From positions 1,018-65,017 of the forward strand of contig QZJF01000006.1 of assembly GCA_003599255.1 (NCBI GenBank): 64,000 nt of DNA. The letters run 5' to 3'. The stretch is from a candidate division WWE3 bacterium (lineage in GTDB: Bacteria; Patescibacteriota; WWE3; UBA101185; UBA10185). Positions within the stretch are counted from its first letter, which is position 1; every line of letters begins with the position of its first letter. Below are positions 10,079-19,298 of this stretch, piece by piece. A model generated the notes under the pieces. It saw only the letters and a program-made list of their open reading frames with translations. It did no database searches and was not told the DNA's origin. The translations under genes were made by a program, and so were the position numbers.

Positions 10079-10507
10079 GTCTTTGACCAAAGTATCTAAC
10101 TCTATCCTATCCGCCATAGGACCGGGTTTAGTTGTTATGTAACCCCTATATTCCAGTGCAAATTCCGGTTTTTCATCATGAGTGTCAGGTTTCTTTCCTT
10201 CATGCAAGGGATACAGATGCATATGAAGATGATTGACTCCTGTCCCCTCGATTGCTGCAGCGACGCGTTTTGTTTTCAAACCTGATCTTATTTTTTCTGC
10301 CGCACTTTTGCCGGCTTTCATGAGTTGTAAAACTATTTGATTGTCAACATCAAGATAATTTGATTCATAATGATTTTTTGCTATAACAAGCGCGGCGCCA
10401 GGTGTGTTTGGAAAAAGATCAAGTATGGCAATAAATTCATCGTTTTCCCAGAATTTCGATGACTCGGCTTGTCCTGATACTATTTTGCAAAAAATACAGT
10501 CTTCCAT
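10070..10507 (-). CDS. HIT family nucleotide hydrolase
   Basis: DCIFCKI N-terminus and HLHMHLYP histidine triad. Confidence 0.9.
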   Translation of the reverse strand: MEDCIFCKIVSGQAESSKFWENDEFIAILDLFPNTPGAALVIAKNHYESNYLDVDNQIVLQLMKAGKSAAEKIRSGLKTKRVAAAIEGTGVNHLHMHLYPLHEGKKPDTHDEKPEFALEYRGYITTKPGPMADRIELDTLVKDLK

Positions 10508-10519
10508 AAGTAAATTTTA

Positions 10520-11257
10520 CTACATCTTTCTCCATATTATGTACAAATTGTGGCTACTTTTGTTTCGATCACTTTCAAACTCCTTCACTTTTTTTAATCC
10601 GGCTTTTAATAATTTGTTATCTATAGTTTGCAGTTCCTCGGTGTTGAAATAATGGCAATATCTTTGGTTTTTCCCATCCCTCATCCATCCGAGAAAGTAA
10701 TCGTTTTTCTCCAAGTCATCTATTATTACTTTAGAAATTTTTGGCGAATCATGTTTTTTATGTGCGCTGAATTTCCAGAAGGTTACAATTAGTAAACCAT
10801 TTTCATCCAGTTTGTCCGTCAACTCATTAAACCAGGAAAGCCTATTTTCATAACCCGGGATGTGATGAGATATCCCAAACGCCGTTATAACGTCAAATCT
10901 TCCTTTTATCTTAAATAGTTCTGTATCAATGTTAAAATCTCGGAAAGTAAAAGGAACCTTAGAATTTTTATGCGATATATGGGCTATATCAAGAAGTTTT
11001 AAGTTATTATCAACTCCTAAGTAGCTAAAATTTATGTTATAGTTTGAATTTTCCAGAAAGGTTAGGAATCTGCCGTTACCGCAACCGACGTCCAGTATTT
11101 TTAAGGTCTTTCCTTCCCGAAAATTTTTTGAAATTATTTCAGCCGCGCTCCCCCAACCTTTCCAGGGATACTGTCTGGTGTCACTGAAACTATCTGCAAC
11201 CGATTCGTAAAATTCTTTATTTAGCTTTAAAATAGCTCTAATTGTTTCTGGATTCAT
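10520..11257 (-). CDS. Class I SAM-dependent methyltransferase, Trm9/ALKBH8-like
   Basis: FYESVADSFSDTRQYPW, LDVGCGNGR, ISHHIP, DYFLGW and RYCHYFNTEEL follow the motif order of Trm9/ALKBH8 tRNA (carboxymethyluridine34) methyltransferases. Confidence 0.75.
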   Translation of the reverse strand: MNPETIRAILKLNKEFYESVADSFSDTRQYPWKGWGSAAEIISKNFREGKTLKILDVGCGNGRFLTFLENSNYNINFSYLGVDNNLKLLDIAHISHKNSKVPFTFRDFNIDTELFKIKGRFDVITAFGISHHIPGYENRLSWFNELTDKLDENGLLIVTFWKFSAHKKHDSPKISKVIIDDLEKNDYFLGWMRDGKNQRYCHYFNTEELQTIDNKLLKAGLKKVKEFESDRNKSSHNLYIIWRKM

Positions 11258-13018
11258 ATGAAAAGTAATAATAAGTCACTTTTGTCCATAATATCAGATG
11301 TTGCAGATTATCAACCGCATCAAGGACGGGACGCAAATAAATTTGTGGAAAAAGTATTGTATGCAAATCCGGATCCCTCAGGAAATATACATTCAAAAGG
11401 TGACGTTATAAAAGCATTTAGGACTATGAAGAAGAATGGCGAGATTGGCTTAAGTGACAAACAGGAAAAACAATTCTTTGAAAATATAAGAATGAAGAAT
11501 GTTAGAACTATCTCAGGCGTTACCCCGGTTACCGTACTCACTAAACCTTTTCCCTGTCCCGGTAAATGTATATTTTGCCCAAACGATGTAAGAATGCCCA
11601 AGAGTTATTTATCGAACGAACCTGGTGCGCAAAGGGCAGAATCAAACAAGTTTGATCCGTATTTCCAGACATTTAACAGGCTTGTGGCTCTTAACAATAT
11701 CGGTCACCCTACAGACAAAATAGAAATAATAATACTTGGGGGCACATGGACTTCTTATCCGGAAAGTTATCAGGTATGGTTTGTTAAACGAATTTTTGAA
11801 GCTTTGAACGACTTTGATGCTAAAGAAAACCCGGAAGTCATTAATCCCGAGGATATAGAGATGCCCTATGCCGAAGATTTACTTGCAAAAGCAGGAGGTG
11901 ATTCTATAAACAGAACCTATAATCAAATCGTGACAGAAGCTCTGAATGCGAAAAAACACAAAGGAATAACGGAATCTGCATCATGGGATGAGTTGTTTAA
12001 AGAACACGAAAGAAACGTTAGTGCAAAAACCAGGTGTGTGGGACTGGTAATTGAAACGCGTCCCGATGAGATTAATCAGGAGGAAGTTATTCGTATCCGA
12101 CGCTTGGGAGCAACCAAGATTCAATTAGGAGTACAGTCATTAGATGATGAAGTGCTTAAACAAAACAAGCGTGGTCATGATGTTCTAAAAACAGCAGAAG
12201 CCTTCAAGATTGTCAGAGAAGCAGGATTTAAGATTCATATTCATTGGATGCCTAATCTTCTTGGTTCAACCCCTGAGAAAGACATAGATGATTATAGGCG
12301 GCTTTTTGATGATCCCCGTTTTAGACCGGATGAGATTAAAATTTACCCCTGTTCTCTAATTGAAAGCGCTGAGCTTATGAAATATTACAAAAACGGAAGC
12401 TGGAAACCTTACTCATACGGGGATTTACTCAAAGTACTTACCTTTGCATACAAATATACTCCTTCATACTGTAGGATTACCCGAATGATTAGGGACATAC
12501 CATCCACGGATATAGTAGCGGGAAATTTAAAAACCAACTTCAGGCAACTTGTTGAAAATAATCTGGATCGCGAAAAGCACGAAGTGAACGAAATTCGCTC
12601 CAGAGAAATAAAGAATCAAAATGTGGATTACTCAAATTTGAAGCTAAATACGATTTCTTATGATTCTGCAATCTCAGAAGAATTCTTCATCGAATTTACA
12701 ACACATGAAAATCGTATAGTTGCATTCCTGAGACTGTCTCTGCCTTATAATACCCAAGATCAATTTATTGATGAACTAAAATCATCCGCGATTATCCGTG
12801 AAGTACATGTTTATGGAAGAAGCATGGAATTAGGAAAGAAACACAAGGGCGGTGCACAACATGCGGGGCTTGGAAATAAGCTTATTCACAAAGCCTTCGA
12901 ACTTGCCACGAACGAGGGTTTCAAGAAAATCGCCGTTATTTCCTCGATTGGAACAAAAGAGTACTACAATAAGTACGGATTTAATCAAACCGGGCTTTAT
13001 CAGATTAAAGAAATTTGA
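11258..13018 (+). CDS. elp3: Elp3 tRNA uridine(34) carboxymethyl/acetyltransferase (radical SAM + GNAT)
   Basis: SGVTPVTV, CPGKCIFCP, PKSY, LGGTW, IETRPD, LGVQS and RMIRDIP, then the GNAT motifs IREVHVYG, QHAGLG and VISSIGTKEYY. Confidence 0.93.
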   Translation: MKSNNKSLLSIISDVADYQPHQGRDANKFVEKVLYANPDPSGNIHSKGDVIKAFRTMKKNGEIGLSDKQEKQFFENIRMKNVRTISGVTPVTVLTKPFPCPGKCIFCPNDVRMPKSYLSNEPGAQRAESNKFDPYFQTFNRLVALNNIGHPTDKIEIIILGGTWTSYPESYQVWFVKRIFEALNDFDAKENPEVINPEDIEMPYAEDLLAKAGGDSINRTYNQIVTEALNAKKHKGITESASWDELFKEHERNVSAKTRCVGLVIETRPDEINQEEVIRIRRLGATKIQLGVQSLDDEVLKQNKRGHDVLKTAEAFKIVREAGFKIHIHWMPNLLGSTPEKDIDDYRRLFDDPRFRPDEIKIYPCSLIESAELMKYYKNGSWKPYSYGDLLKVLTFAYKYTPSYCRITRMIRDIPSTDIVAGNLKTNFRQLVENNLDREKHEVNEIRSREIKNQNVDYSNLKLNTISYDSAISEEFFIEFTTHENRIVAFLRLSLPYNTQDQFIDELKSSAIIREVHVYGRSMELGKKHKGGAQHAGLGNKLIHKAFELATNEGFKKIAVISSIGTKEYYNKYGFNQTGLYQIKEI

Positions 13019-13021
13019 ATG

Positions 13022-13357
13022 TTATTTAGAGAGCATGCCCAAAAAGGAACCGAATAGGGATACAATAACGCTGAAAAGTAAAGCGTTCAAAAAGGATGTA
13101 ACATCAAAACCGGGAACCAACTCGGCCGCGATGATAACTAGTATTGCATTAATCACCAGAGTAAAAAGCCCGAGAGTTAAAAAGGTTATAGGTAAAGTTA
13201 GGAAAACAAGAATAGGCTTAACAAAAGTATTAAGTGTTCCAAGAACTACGGCTACTATTGCTGCTGTGATAAATGTCTCAACTTCTACGCCCGGTAGTAT
13301 GTACGCAGCCGAAAATACAGCAAGTGTATTCAAAAGTAAATTTAGTAAAAGGCGCAT
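13022..13357 (-). CDS. Four-TM membrane protein (YvlD / mycobacterial 4-TMS holin-like family)
   Basis: LNTFVKPIL..LTLPITFLTLGLFTLVINA signature. Confidence 0.85.
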   Translation of the reverse strand: MRLLLNLLLNTLAVFSAAYILPGVEVETFITAAIVAVVLGTLNTFVKPILVFLTLPITFLTLGLFTLVINAILVIIAAELVPGFDVTSFLNALLFSVIVSLFGSFLGMLSK

Positions 13358-13369
13358 ATTTCTATAAAG

Positions 13370-14047
13370 TTACTGACAATTTAATATCTTTTTGCATTGT
13401 GCAACTGCGTCGGCATCTGCTTGCTCGTCGCACATTGCACAGGCTTCTTTAACCTGGTTCATTTGTAATTCTTCCATTTGTTTAGTCAAATCTACAAAGT
13501 TTATATCGTTGGGTATATCAAGTAGTCTTTGATCCACTTTCCACGGATTACACTTGTAGTTTAATTTTTCCATCACGGCTTTAGCGTCAACCTTTGGCGT
13601 TGTATCGGTTTCGTCGGGAAGGTTTTCTTCAAGCTCGGCTTCATTTTTCGGCATTGTTAGTTTCATTCCTTCTTCTCTATCGGATGACCACATATACATC
13701 ATTTCATCTTTAATAATCGAATGGTTCTCAATCACCGTTCCATCAGTATTAGTTGCTATGATATCTGAGCGTGAGTTTTTGCCGCTGACATAGACCGTTC
13801 CCTCAATTTTGGAACCTTGGTCCTCACTATAAAAAGTACATGTAACGGTTTCGCCTCTTTCCAATAGGTCATAAATGTTGCCCACGAAGGATTCTTCGTC
13901 ACTACCATTGTCCCCCCTTTGAGTTTGTTCAGTAGGAACAGTAGCTCTGGATGTGACACCGGGTTTTTTCTTCATAAAGACTGATGCCAGTATTCCGACC
14001 AGTGCAATAGCAATTAACACAACAACTATGACTTTAGTGTTTTTCAT
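13370..14047 (-). CDS. Hypothetical membrane-anchored/secreted protein
   Basis: N-terminal TM helix, a beta-rich core and a Cys-containing C-terminus (CAMC...C...C). Confidence 0.7.
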   Translation of the reverse strand: MKNTKVIVVVLIAIALVGILASVFMKKKPGVTSRATVPTEQTQRGDNGSDEESFVGNIYDLLERGETVTCTFYSEDQGSKIEGTVYVSGKNSRSDIIATNTDGTVIENHSIIKDEMMYMWSSDREEGMKLTMPKNEAELEENLPDETDTTPKVDAKAVMEKLNYKCNPWKVDQRLLDIPNDINFVDLTKQMEELQMNQVKEACAMCDEQADADAVAQCKKILNCQ

Positions 14048-14118
14048 AGCTATATTCTATAACAAAAGGCTAAAAATTGCGAAAACTTAATTTTTAAAAA
14101 GCTGTAAAATATAAGTAC

Positions 14119-15597
14119 ATGCTGCTTGAGTTGATTACTGCCCCATTTTATATACTTCTCTTTCCTGTTTTTTTTCTTGTAAAGACAATTGTTAACAAAA
14201 ACAAAAGATTTAGAACCAAAGTTTTTCACATAATTTTGGATGTACTTTTTGTATTTCCGTTATGGGGACTTTTTGCTTACTCGGGATTTTATATTGCTGA
14301 AAACTATGTTATCAACAAGAAAGCCATCGTTCAGATTACCGGTACGGGCTCCATGTATCCCACATATCCTAAGGGAAAGGCCGGAACGTTAGAAGAACAA
14401 TCCGGAGAAATTGTAGCAGAACCTTTAATGCTGATTTATCCTAACGGGATAAATGTTTTTGATAAGAGTTTTTTAAAACACGGGTTGGAGCGCGGAGACA
14501 TTGTGTCGTTTATAAATAGTAATACTTCTCAAATTACATCAAAGTATTCCAAAAAAGAAGTGGGATTTGTAAAAAGAATAATTGGACTTCCGGGAGAAAA
14601 AATAGAACTGCGAAACGGTCTCGTTTACATAAACGGCATACCCCTGGTAGAGCCTTACACTGCCCTTCCCCACTCTACCTTTGGGGGACCTTTTCTGCCA
14701 GAGTGTAAACTGGTCGAAATTCCTGAAGGGAAATATTTTGTACTTGGAGATAATCGAAAAGAAAGCAACGATTCGAGATTTGATTTAGGGTTTGTTTCGG
14801 CAGGAGATATCGATTATGTTTTGACAAATGAAATGCAGCAAGGTGTATGGGACAGTAATTGGAGGAACACCGCCAATGATTTAAATGAGTCGTCTAAAAT
14901 TAGACTGGATATCGGGGATTTTGTTGCAAAAGTCAACTCCGGAAGAATAAATTCAGGTAAAAAAGAGTTAAAACATCTAGACAAATTGAATTATTCCGCG
15001 TTATTAAGGGCAAAGAGAATTTTAGCAACGGGTGATTTTACTTTTGATGGTGAGAAAAGCGGATATAGTGTCAAACAAGCTATGGATGAAGCCGGATATT
15101 CAAACATTACTTGGGGTGAGATTCCAATACAAGGTTACTATACTTCTGAAGAACTCATCGAGTATCTTTTCGAATTTCCCGATACAAAAGATTTTGTAAT
15201 GAACCAGGATTTTGAGGACATTGGTCTGAGTGCATTTGAAGGTGACTTAAACGGATGCCCGACTCAATTGATTGTAATACATTTTGGTGGGTATCTGCCC
15301 CCAAATTACAATCCCGAGATAGTTAAATCCTGGGAAGATCTTTTTGAAGCCTTAGAAGATATTCAGCCGGGTTGGAGGGAGATCGAAGAATACGAACCGT
15401 TTTACAATGAACACAAAGATAAGGTGGACAGAATTAACGAAATAATCGATTTCAGACTTGAGAATGTGAGGGGAATTGTGGATTCTATGCGGACAAATAA
15501 GTGGCTTACTGATACCCAAAAAGATTTTATAGAAAATGATCAGGAGCTATCGGATGAGCAAGAAGAAATTGCCGAGTTCCTGAATGACCAACTGTGA
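14119..15597 (+). CDS. lepB: Signal peptidase I (S26) fused to a CAP/SCP-like domain
   Basis: GSMYPT catalytic Ser, FVKRIIGLPGE Lys box and GDNRKESNDSR. The C-terminal half has a CAP-like pattern (VNSGR...LNYSA..RA..., GY...WGE, DIGL, VIHFG). Confidence 0.8.
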   Translation: MLLELITAPFYILLFPVFFLVKTIVNKNKRFRTKVFHIILDVLFVFPLWGLFAYSGFYIAENYVINKKAIVQITGTGSMYPTYPKGKAGTLEEQSGEIVAEPLMLIYPNGINVFDKSFLKHGLERGDIVSFINSNTSQITSKYSKKEVGFVKRIIGLPGEKIELRNGLVYINGIPLVEPYTALPHSTFGGPFLPECKLVEIPEGKYFVLGDNRKESNDSRFDLGFVSAGDIDYVLTNEMQQGVWDSNWRNTANDLNESSKIRLDIGDFVAKVNSGRINSGKKELKHLDKLNYSALLRAKRILATGDFTFDGEKSGYSVKQAMDEAGYSNITWGEIPIQGYYTSEELIEYLFEFPDTKDFVMNQDFEDIGLSAFEGDLNGCPTQLIVIHFGGYLPPNYNPEIVKSWEDLFEALEDIQPGWREIEEYEPFYNEHKDKVDRINEIIDFRLENVRGIVDSMRTNKWLTDTQKDFIENDQELSDEQEEIAEFLNDQL

Positions 15598-15644
15598 CCC
15601 TGGTATTATTGCATTAGCTTCTCTCTGAAAGTATCATAAACATA

Positions 15645-16835
15645 ATGCCCTTAACTAAAAAAGTTTTTATTCTGATTCTAATCCTCAACCTCTTTACGAT
15701 CCTATCTTTATATGCCGTTTTACAGGTTTTTGTTATGACTAAATTTGAACAAATAGAGCATGAAGAAATTGTCCGTAAGACAAGAAGAGCAGAAAGCGCG
15801 CTTTATGAACGGTATAACCCTATAGTTGTACTCAACAGGGATTGGGCAAAATGGGATGATACTTACAGTTTCATTTCGGGAGTAAATGACACCTTTATTA
15901 GTGCTAATCTTGTTGATGAGACATTGTTAGGATCAGGTTTGGATGCAGTATATTTTTACGATGTTCGTGGAAGCCTGCTCCACACGAAGGAAATTAACCC
16001 GGAAAACAAGGAGTCCGGGGACACTTTTAATATTTTAAAAAGTACATTTACCCCAAACTCTGTTTCAGCCTATAAACAGCAACAATTTGGATTTCTTAGT
16101 TTTAACGACCGGTTAGTCTTTATTTCTATTCATCCGGTACTTCGAAGTGACGGATCGGGACCGGCGAACGGATATATTTTGATGGCAAAGTTTATCAGGA
16201 GGGAAGACACTGCGAAATTAAATGAGATTACGGGACAGGAGCTGCTTTTATCAGGTAGGGACGATTTGTCGCCTATTGACGTTGATAACGATGTAAACAT
16301 AGTCGCTTTGAATTCAGACAGAACGGAATCAAGCATGATTCTTAACGACTTTTTCGGGTCTCCAACTCTACTACTCCGCGTTTTTACAGAAAGAGAAGTT
16401 ACAAAACAAGGTGCCGCGACAATTATGTATGTACTGGCGACATCAGTTTTTGTTTCTATTATCTCCCTTGTCGTATCAATAATTTTTATTAATTTAGTAC
16501 TTTTAAGACCTCTAAAAAAAGTAATAGATGAAGTGAACAATATAAGATCAATAAAAGACTTCTCTTTAAGGATTAATACGTCCGGCAACGCTGAGCTGAA
16601 CGAATTAGTTGACAATGTAAACAGGCTCTTAGATGCGCTACACGTCTCCCAGAATAAACTAAAGAACATTAATGAATCCATTTCCAATCAAGCAAAAGCA
16701 TTGGAAGAAAAAACACAAGAAATGGAAAGAATAAATCAGTATATGGTCGGAAGAGAGATTCGCATGGCTGAGTTAAAACAGCAAATAGCAGACTTGAAAC
16801 TACGTTTGGAAGAGAAAGGTGAAAACGGTGCCTAA
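15645..16835 (+). CDS. CHASE4 + HAMP membrane sensor without an output domain
   Basis: Two TM helices, DWAKWDDTY (CHASE4), HAMP LLRPL...ELNELVDNVN, coiled-coil end VGREIRMAELK. Confidence 0.8.
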   Translation: MPLTKKVFILILILNLFTILSLYAVLQVFVMTKFEQIEHEEIVRKTRRAESALYERYNPIVVLNRDWAKWDDTYSFISGVNDTFISANLVDETLLGSGLDAVYFYDVRGSLLHTKEINPENKESGDTFNILKSTFTPNSVSAYKQQQFGFLSFNDRLVFISIHPVLRSDGSGPANGYILMAKFIRREDTAKLNEITGQELLLSGRDDLSPIDVDNDVNIVALNSDRTESSMILNDFFGSPTLLLRVFTEREVTKQGAATIMYVLATSVFVSIISLVVSIIFINLVLLRPLKKVIDEVNNIRSIKDFSLRINTSGNAELNELVDNVNRLLDALHVSQNKLKNINESISNQAKALEEKTQEMERINQYMVGREIRMAELKQQIADLKLRLEEKGENGA

Positions 16836-18468
16836 TGTATTCCTTGATGACAACCTGTTAAAAAACTCAATGTATACGTTTATGGAGAACGTATATCTTC
16901 TTGGAGTGTGTATCAATCCTGAGGGTACGTTAATTTATGTAAATCCTCACTTTTATAAAACAACTGGCTATAACGAAAAAGAAATTATAGGAAAAAGTTG
17001 GTATGAGCAGTTTCTTCCGGTTAATAAGATTGATACGGTCATTCAAACAATGAATGCTATTGTTGAGAATAAGTACAGCATGCGGTCTGAGACATCTATT
17101 GTAAAGAAAGATGGAACCCAGTTGATAGTTGAGTGGCACAATGTTCCAATAGTCGATAATGACAAAGTTGTATACATAGTGAGTCTGGGTATTGATGTTA
17201 CAGCCAGAAACGAAGTAGAACTATTGCTCAAGTTAAACGAAAAGACTATGAGAGAACGGGCCGAGATGTACGAGAAACAAAACAAGGTTCTTGAGGATAC
17301 GAAAAAAGGTATGTTAAACCTTTTGGATGATGCTAAGCAATTGGAAGAGGCGCTTCAACATGAAAAGAAAAGTGTCGAGTTGAAAGTAGATGAGAGAACC
17401 AAAGAATTGAACGAGGAAAAGGCAAGACTAGTTTCATCTATAAACAGCTTCCCGAGTGGATTTGTGGTCACTGATACCGAAGGCAACGTGGTGCTTACTA
17501 ATAACCTTCTAAATGAAATTTTTAAAGTTAGACATACCCAATGGACTTTGTCAGAGATTGCAGGATATCTTGAAGGGGCTACGGATTTTACAGCTCACTA
17601 CAGAAAATGCACCGAATTAAAAGAGCCTGTTTTAATAAAGGACATTGATATAGGTCGCAGATATATTGAGTTGTACATTGCTCCTATCTTTTTAAGTCCA
17701 TTAAGCGACAACACCATTGGAAATATAATACTTATTACGGACATTACGGAGGAAAAAATTCTTGAGAGGTCAAAAGATGAGTTTTTCTCAATTGCATCTC
17801 ATGAACTTAGAACTCCATTGACTGCTATTCGGGGCAATATCGAGCTCATAAAGAAACATTATTTGTCAAAAGTTTCGGAACAATCATTTACCGAGATGAT
17901 AGACGATATCGGATCTTCCAGTGATAGATTAATTGAGTTAGTTAACGAGTTTTTAAATATGTCCAGGCTCGAACAAGGAAAAATCAAGTTCGAAAAAGAG
18001 TTGTTTGATCTTGATGACTTGATTGATGGTGTCGTTTTTGAAATGCAAAGTTCAGCAAAGGAAAAAGGATTGTTTTTGAAATACGAAAATAAAAATGAAA
18101 AACTGCCCAGAGTTATTGCTGATTCAAATAGAGTTAAAGAGGTTCTGCTCAACCTTGTAAGTAACGCAATAGTTTATAGCGATAAGGGTGGTATTACTGT
18201 TATCTCTGAACTTGCTGACAGTTACATAAAAGTTTCGGTTAATGATACGGGGAGAGGTATCTCCCCACAGAATCAGAATTTGTTGTTTAGAAAGTTTCAG
18301 CAGGCTAATCCAAGTTTATACGCCAGGGACTCTTCCAAGAGCAGTGGACTTGGTCTTTACATTTCAAAGCTGATGGTTGAGGCAATGGGAGGTAAGATAT
18401 ATCTTGAGTGGTCTCAGGAAGGCGCAGGGTCAACTTTTACTTTTACATTGCCGGTATCACGGGGATAA
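16819..18468 (+). CDS. PAS-domain sensor histidine kinase (cytoplasmic)
   Basis: Two PAS regions, ASHELRTPL H-box, NLVSNA N-box, DTGRGI G1, GLGLYIS G2. Confidence 0.92.
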   Translation: MKTVPNVFLDDNLLKNSMYTFMENVYLLGVCINPEGTLIYVNPHFYKTTGYNEKEIIGKSWYEQFLPVNKIDTVIQTMNAIVENKYSMRSETSIVKKDGTQLIVEWHNVPIVDNDKVVYIVSLGIDVTARNEVELLLKLNEKTMRERAEMYEKQNKVLEDTKKGMLNLLDDAKQLEEALQHEKKSVELKVDERTKELNEEKARLVSSINSFPSGFVVTDTEGNVVLTNNLLNEIFKVRHTQWTLSEIAGYLEGATDFTAHYRKCTELKEPVLIKDIDIGRRYIELYIAPIFLSPLSDNTIGNIILITDITEEKILERSKDEFFSIASHELRTPLTAIRGNIELIKKHYLSKVSEQSFTEMIDDIGSSSDRLIELVNEFLNMSRLEQGKIKFEKELFDLDDLIDGVVFEMQSSAKEKGLFLKYENKNEKLPRVIADSNRVKEVLLNLVSNAIVYSDKGGITVISELADSYIKVSVNDTGRGISPQNQNLLFRKFQQANPSLYARDSSKSSGLGLYISKLMVEAMGGKIYLEWSQEGAGSTFTFTLPVSRG

Positions 18469-18514
18469 AATCAAAGAGATTGAAATATAGATGGAATGTG
18501 TTTAGAATAAGGAT

Positions 18515-18883
18515 ATGGATAAAATACTATTAATTGAAGACGAAGTTTTAATATTACGCATGTACGAAAAAATTTTCAGCTATGAGGGTTTTACTGTTAT
18601 AACGAGCGAAAATGGGATAGATGGCATGGAAAAAGCTAAGGCTGAAAAGCCTTCTTTGATCCTTCTTGATATCATGATGCCAAAAATGGATGGTTTGAGG
18701 GTTTTGGAGTCACTAAAGCAAGATCCGGAAACCAGGGACATCCCGGTTGTCATACTTACCAATCTTAGTAGCGATGTGGTTATAAAGGACGCCTTTTCAA
18801 AGGGGGCGGCAGGCTACCTTGTAAAATCAGAGATAATCAACGACAAAATTGTCGAAGAAGTTAAGCAATATATAAAGCAGTAA
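18515..18883 (+). CDS. Single-domain response regulator (REC)
   Basis: ILLIEDE, LLDIMMPKMDG, VILTN, YLVK. Confidence 0.93.
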   Translation: MDKILLIEDEVLILRMYEKIFSYEGFTVITSENGIDGMEKAKAEKPSLILLDIMMPKMDGLRVLESLKQDPETRDIPVVILTNLSSDVVIKDAFSKGAAGYLVKSEIINDKIVEEVKQYIKQ

Positions 18884-18990
18884 TTTCACTTTCGCTTCTC
18901 CAATATACATTAAACAATATGCTATAATTCAGGCACATTTTGGCATGCGAAAAAGGCATGACTATTTTCTATCGAGAAAGGAGTTTTGAT

Positions 18991-19209
18991 ATGGCTCAGA
19001 AGTCGAATGGTGATAAGGGTGTGACAAACGCCGAAATGATATCTTACCTTCGGAAGTGGATTCATGGACTCCCATGGTTCTCGAAAGTCATCATCTCGAT
19101 GGCACTTTCGTACCTGGTGTTTTTTGACCCATTACCCGGATCAGTAGACAACATTTTGGTAATCCTCATAGGCCTTATGGCCGCCTACTTTAAGGAGCAA
19201 AAGAAGTAA
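18991..19209 (+). CDS. Small membrane protein, DUF1232/YkvA-like
   Basis: AAGGAG SD before the ATG at 18991. SYLVFFDPLPGSVDNILV resembles the YkvA motif. Confidence 0.5.
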   Translation: MAQKSNGDKGVTNAEMISYLRKWIHGLPWFSKVIISMALSYLVFFDPLPGSVDNILVILIGLMAAYFKEQKK

Positions 19210-19220
19210 TCCTAACTCGA

Positions 19221-19264
19221 AAATGCGCCACATCGGCAAAACCCTCGTGGCGCATTTCCCTTTT
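19221..19264 (+). terminator. Intrinsic terminator-like hairpin
   Basis: AAATGCGCCAC...GTGGCGCATTT inverted repeat followed by a T-rich run. Confidence 0.6.
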
Positions 19265-19298
19265 AATAACAATCTAATTCCTATATAATACCGGTGTT

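Noticed and set aside
13022-13357. Prophage suggested by a 'phage holin family' protein
   Set aside because: This family is a common chromosomal membrane protein, and no endolysin, structural or integrase genes are nearby.
12852-13367. 171-aa plus-strand ORF and similar antisense ORFs (1178-1546, 16130-16687, 26476-26856, 40193-40513)
   Set aside because: They overlap well-supported genes in another frame or on the opposite strand and have no recognisable motifs.
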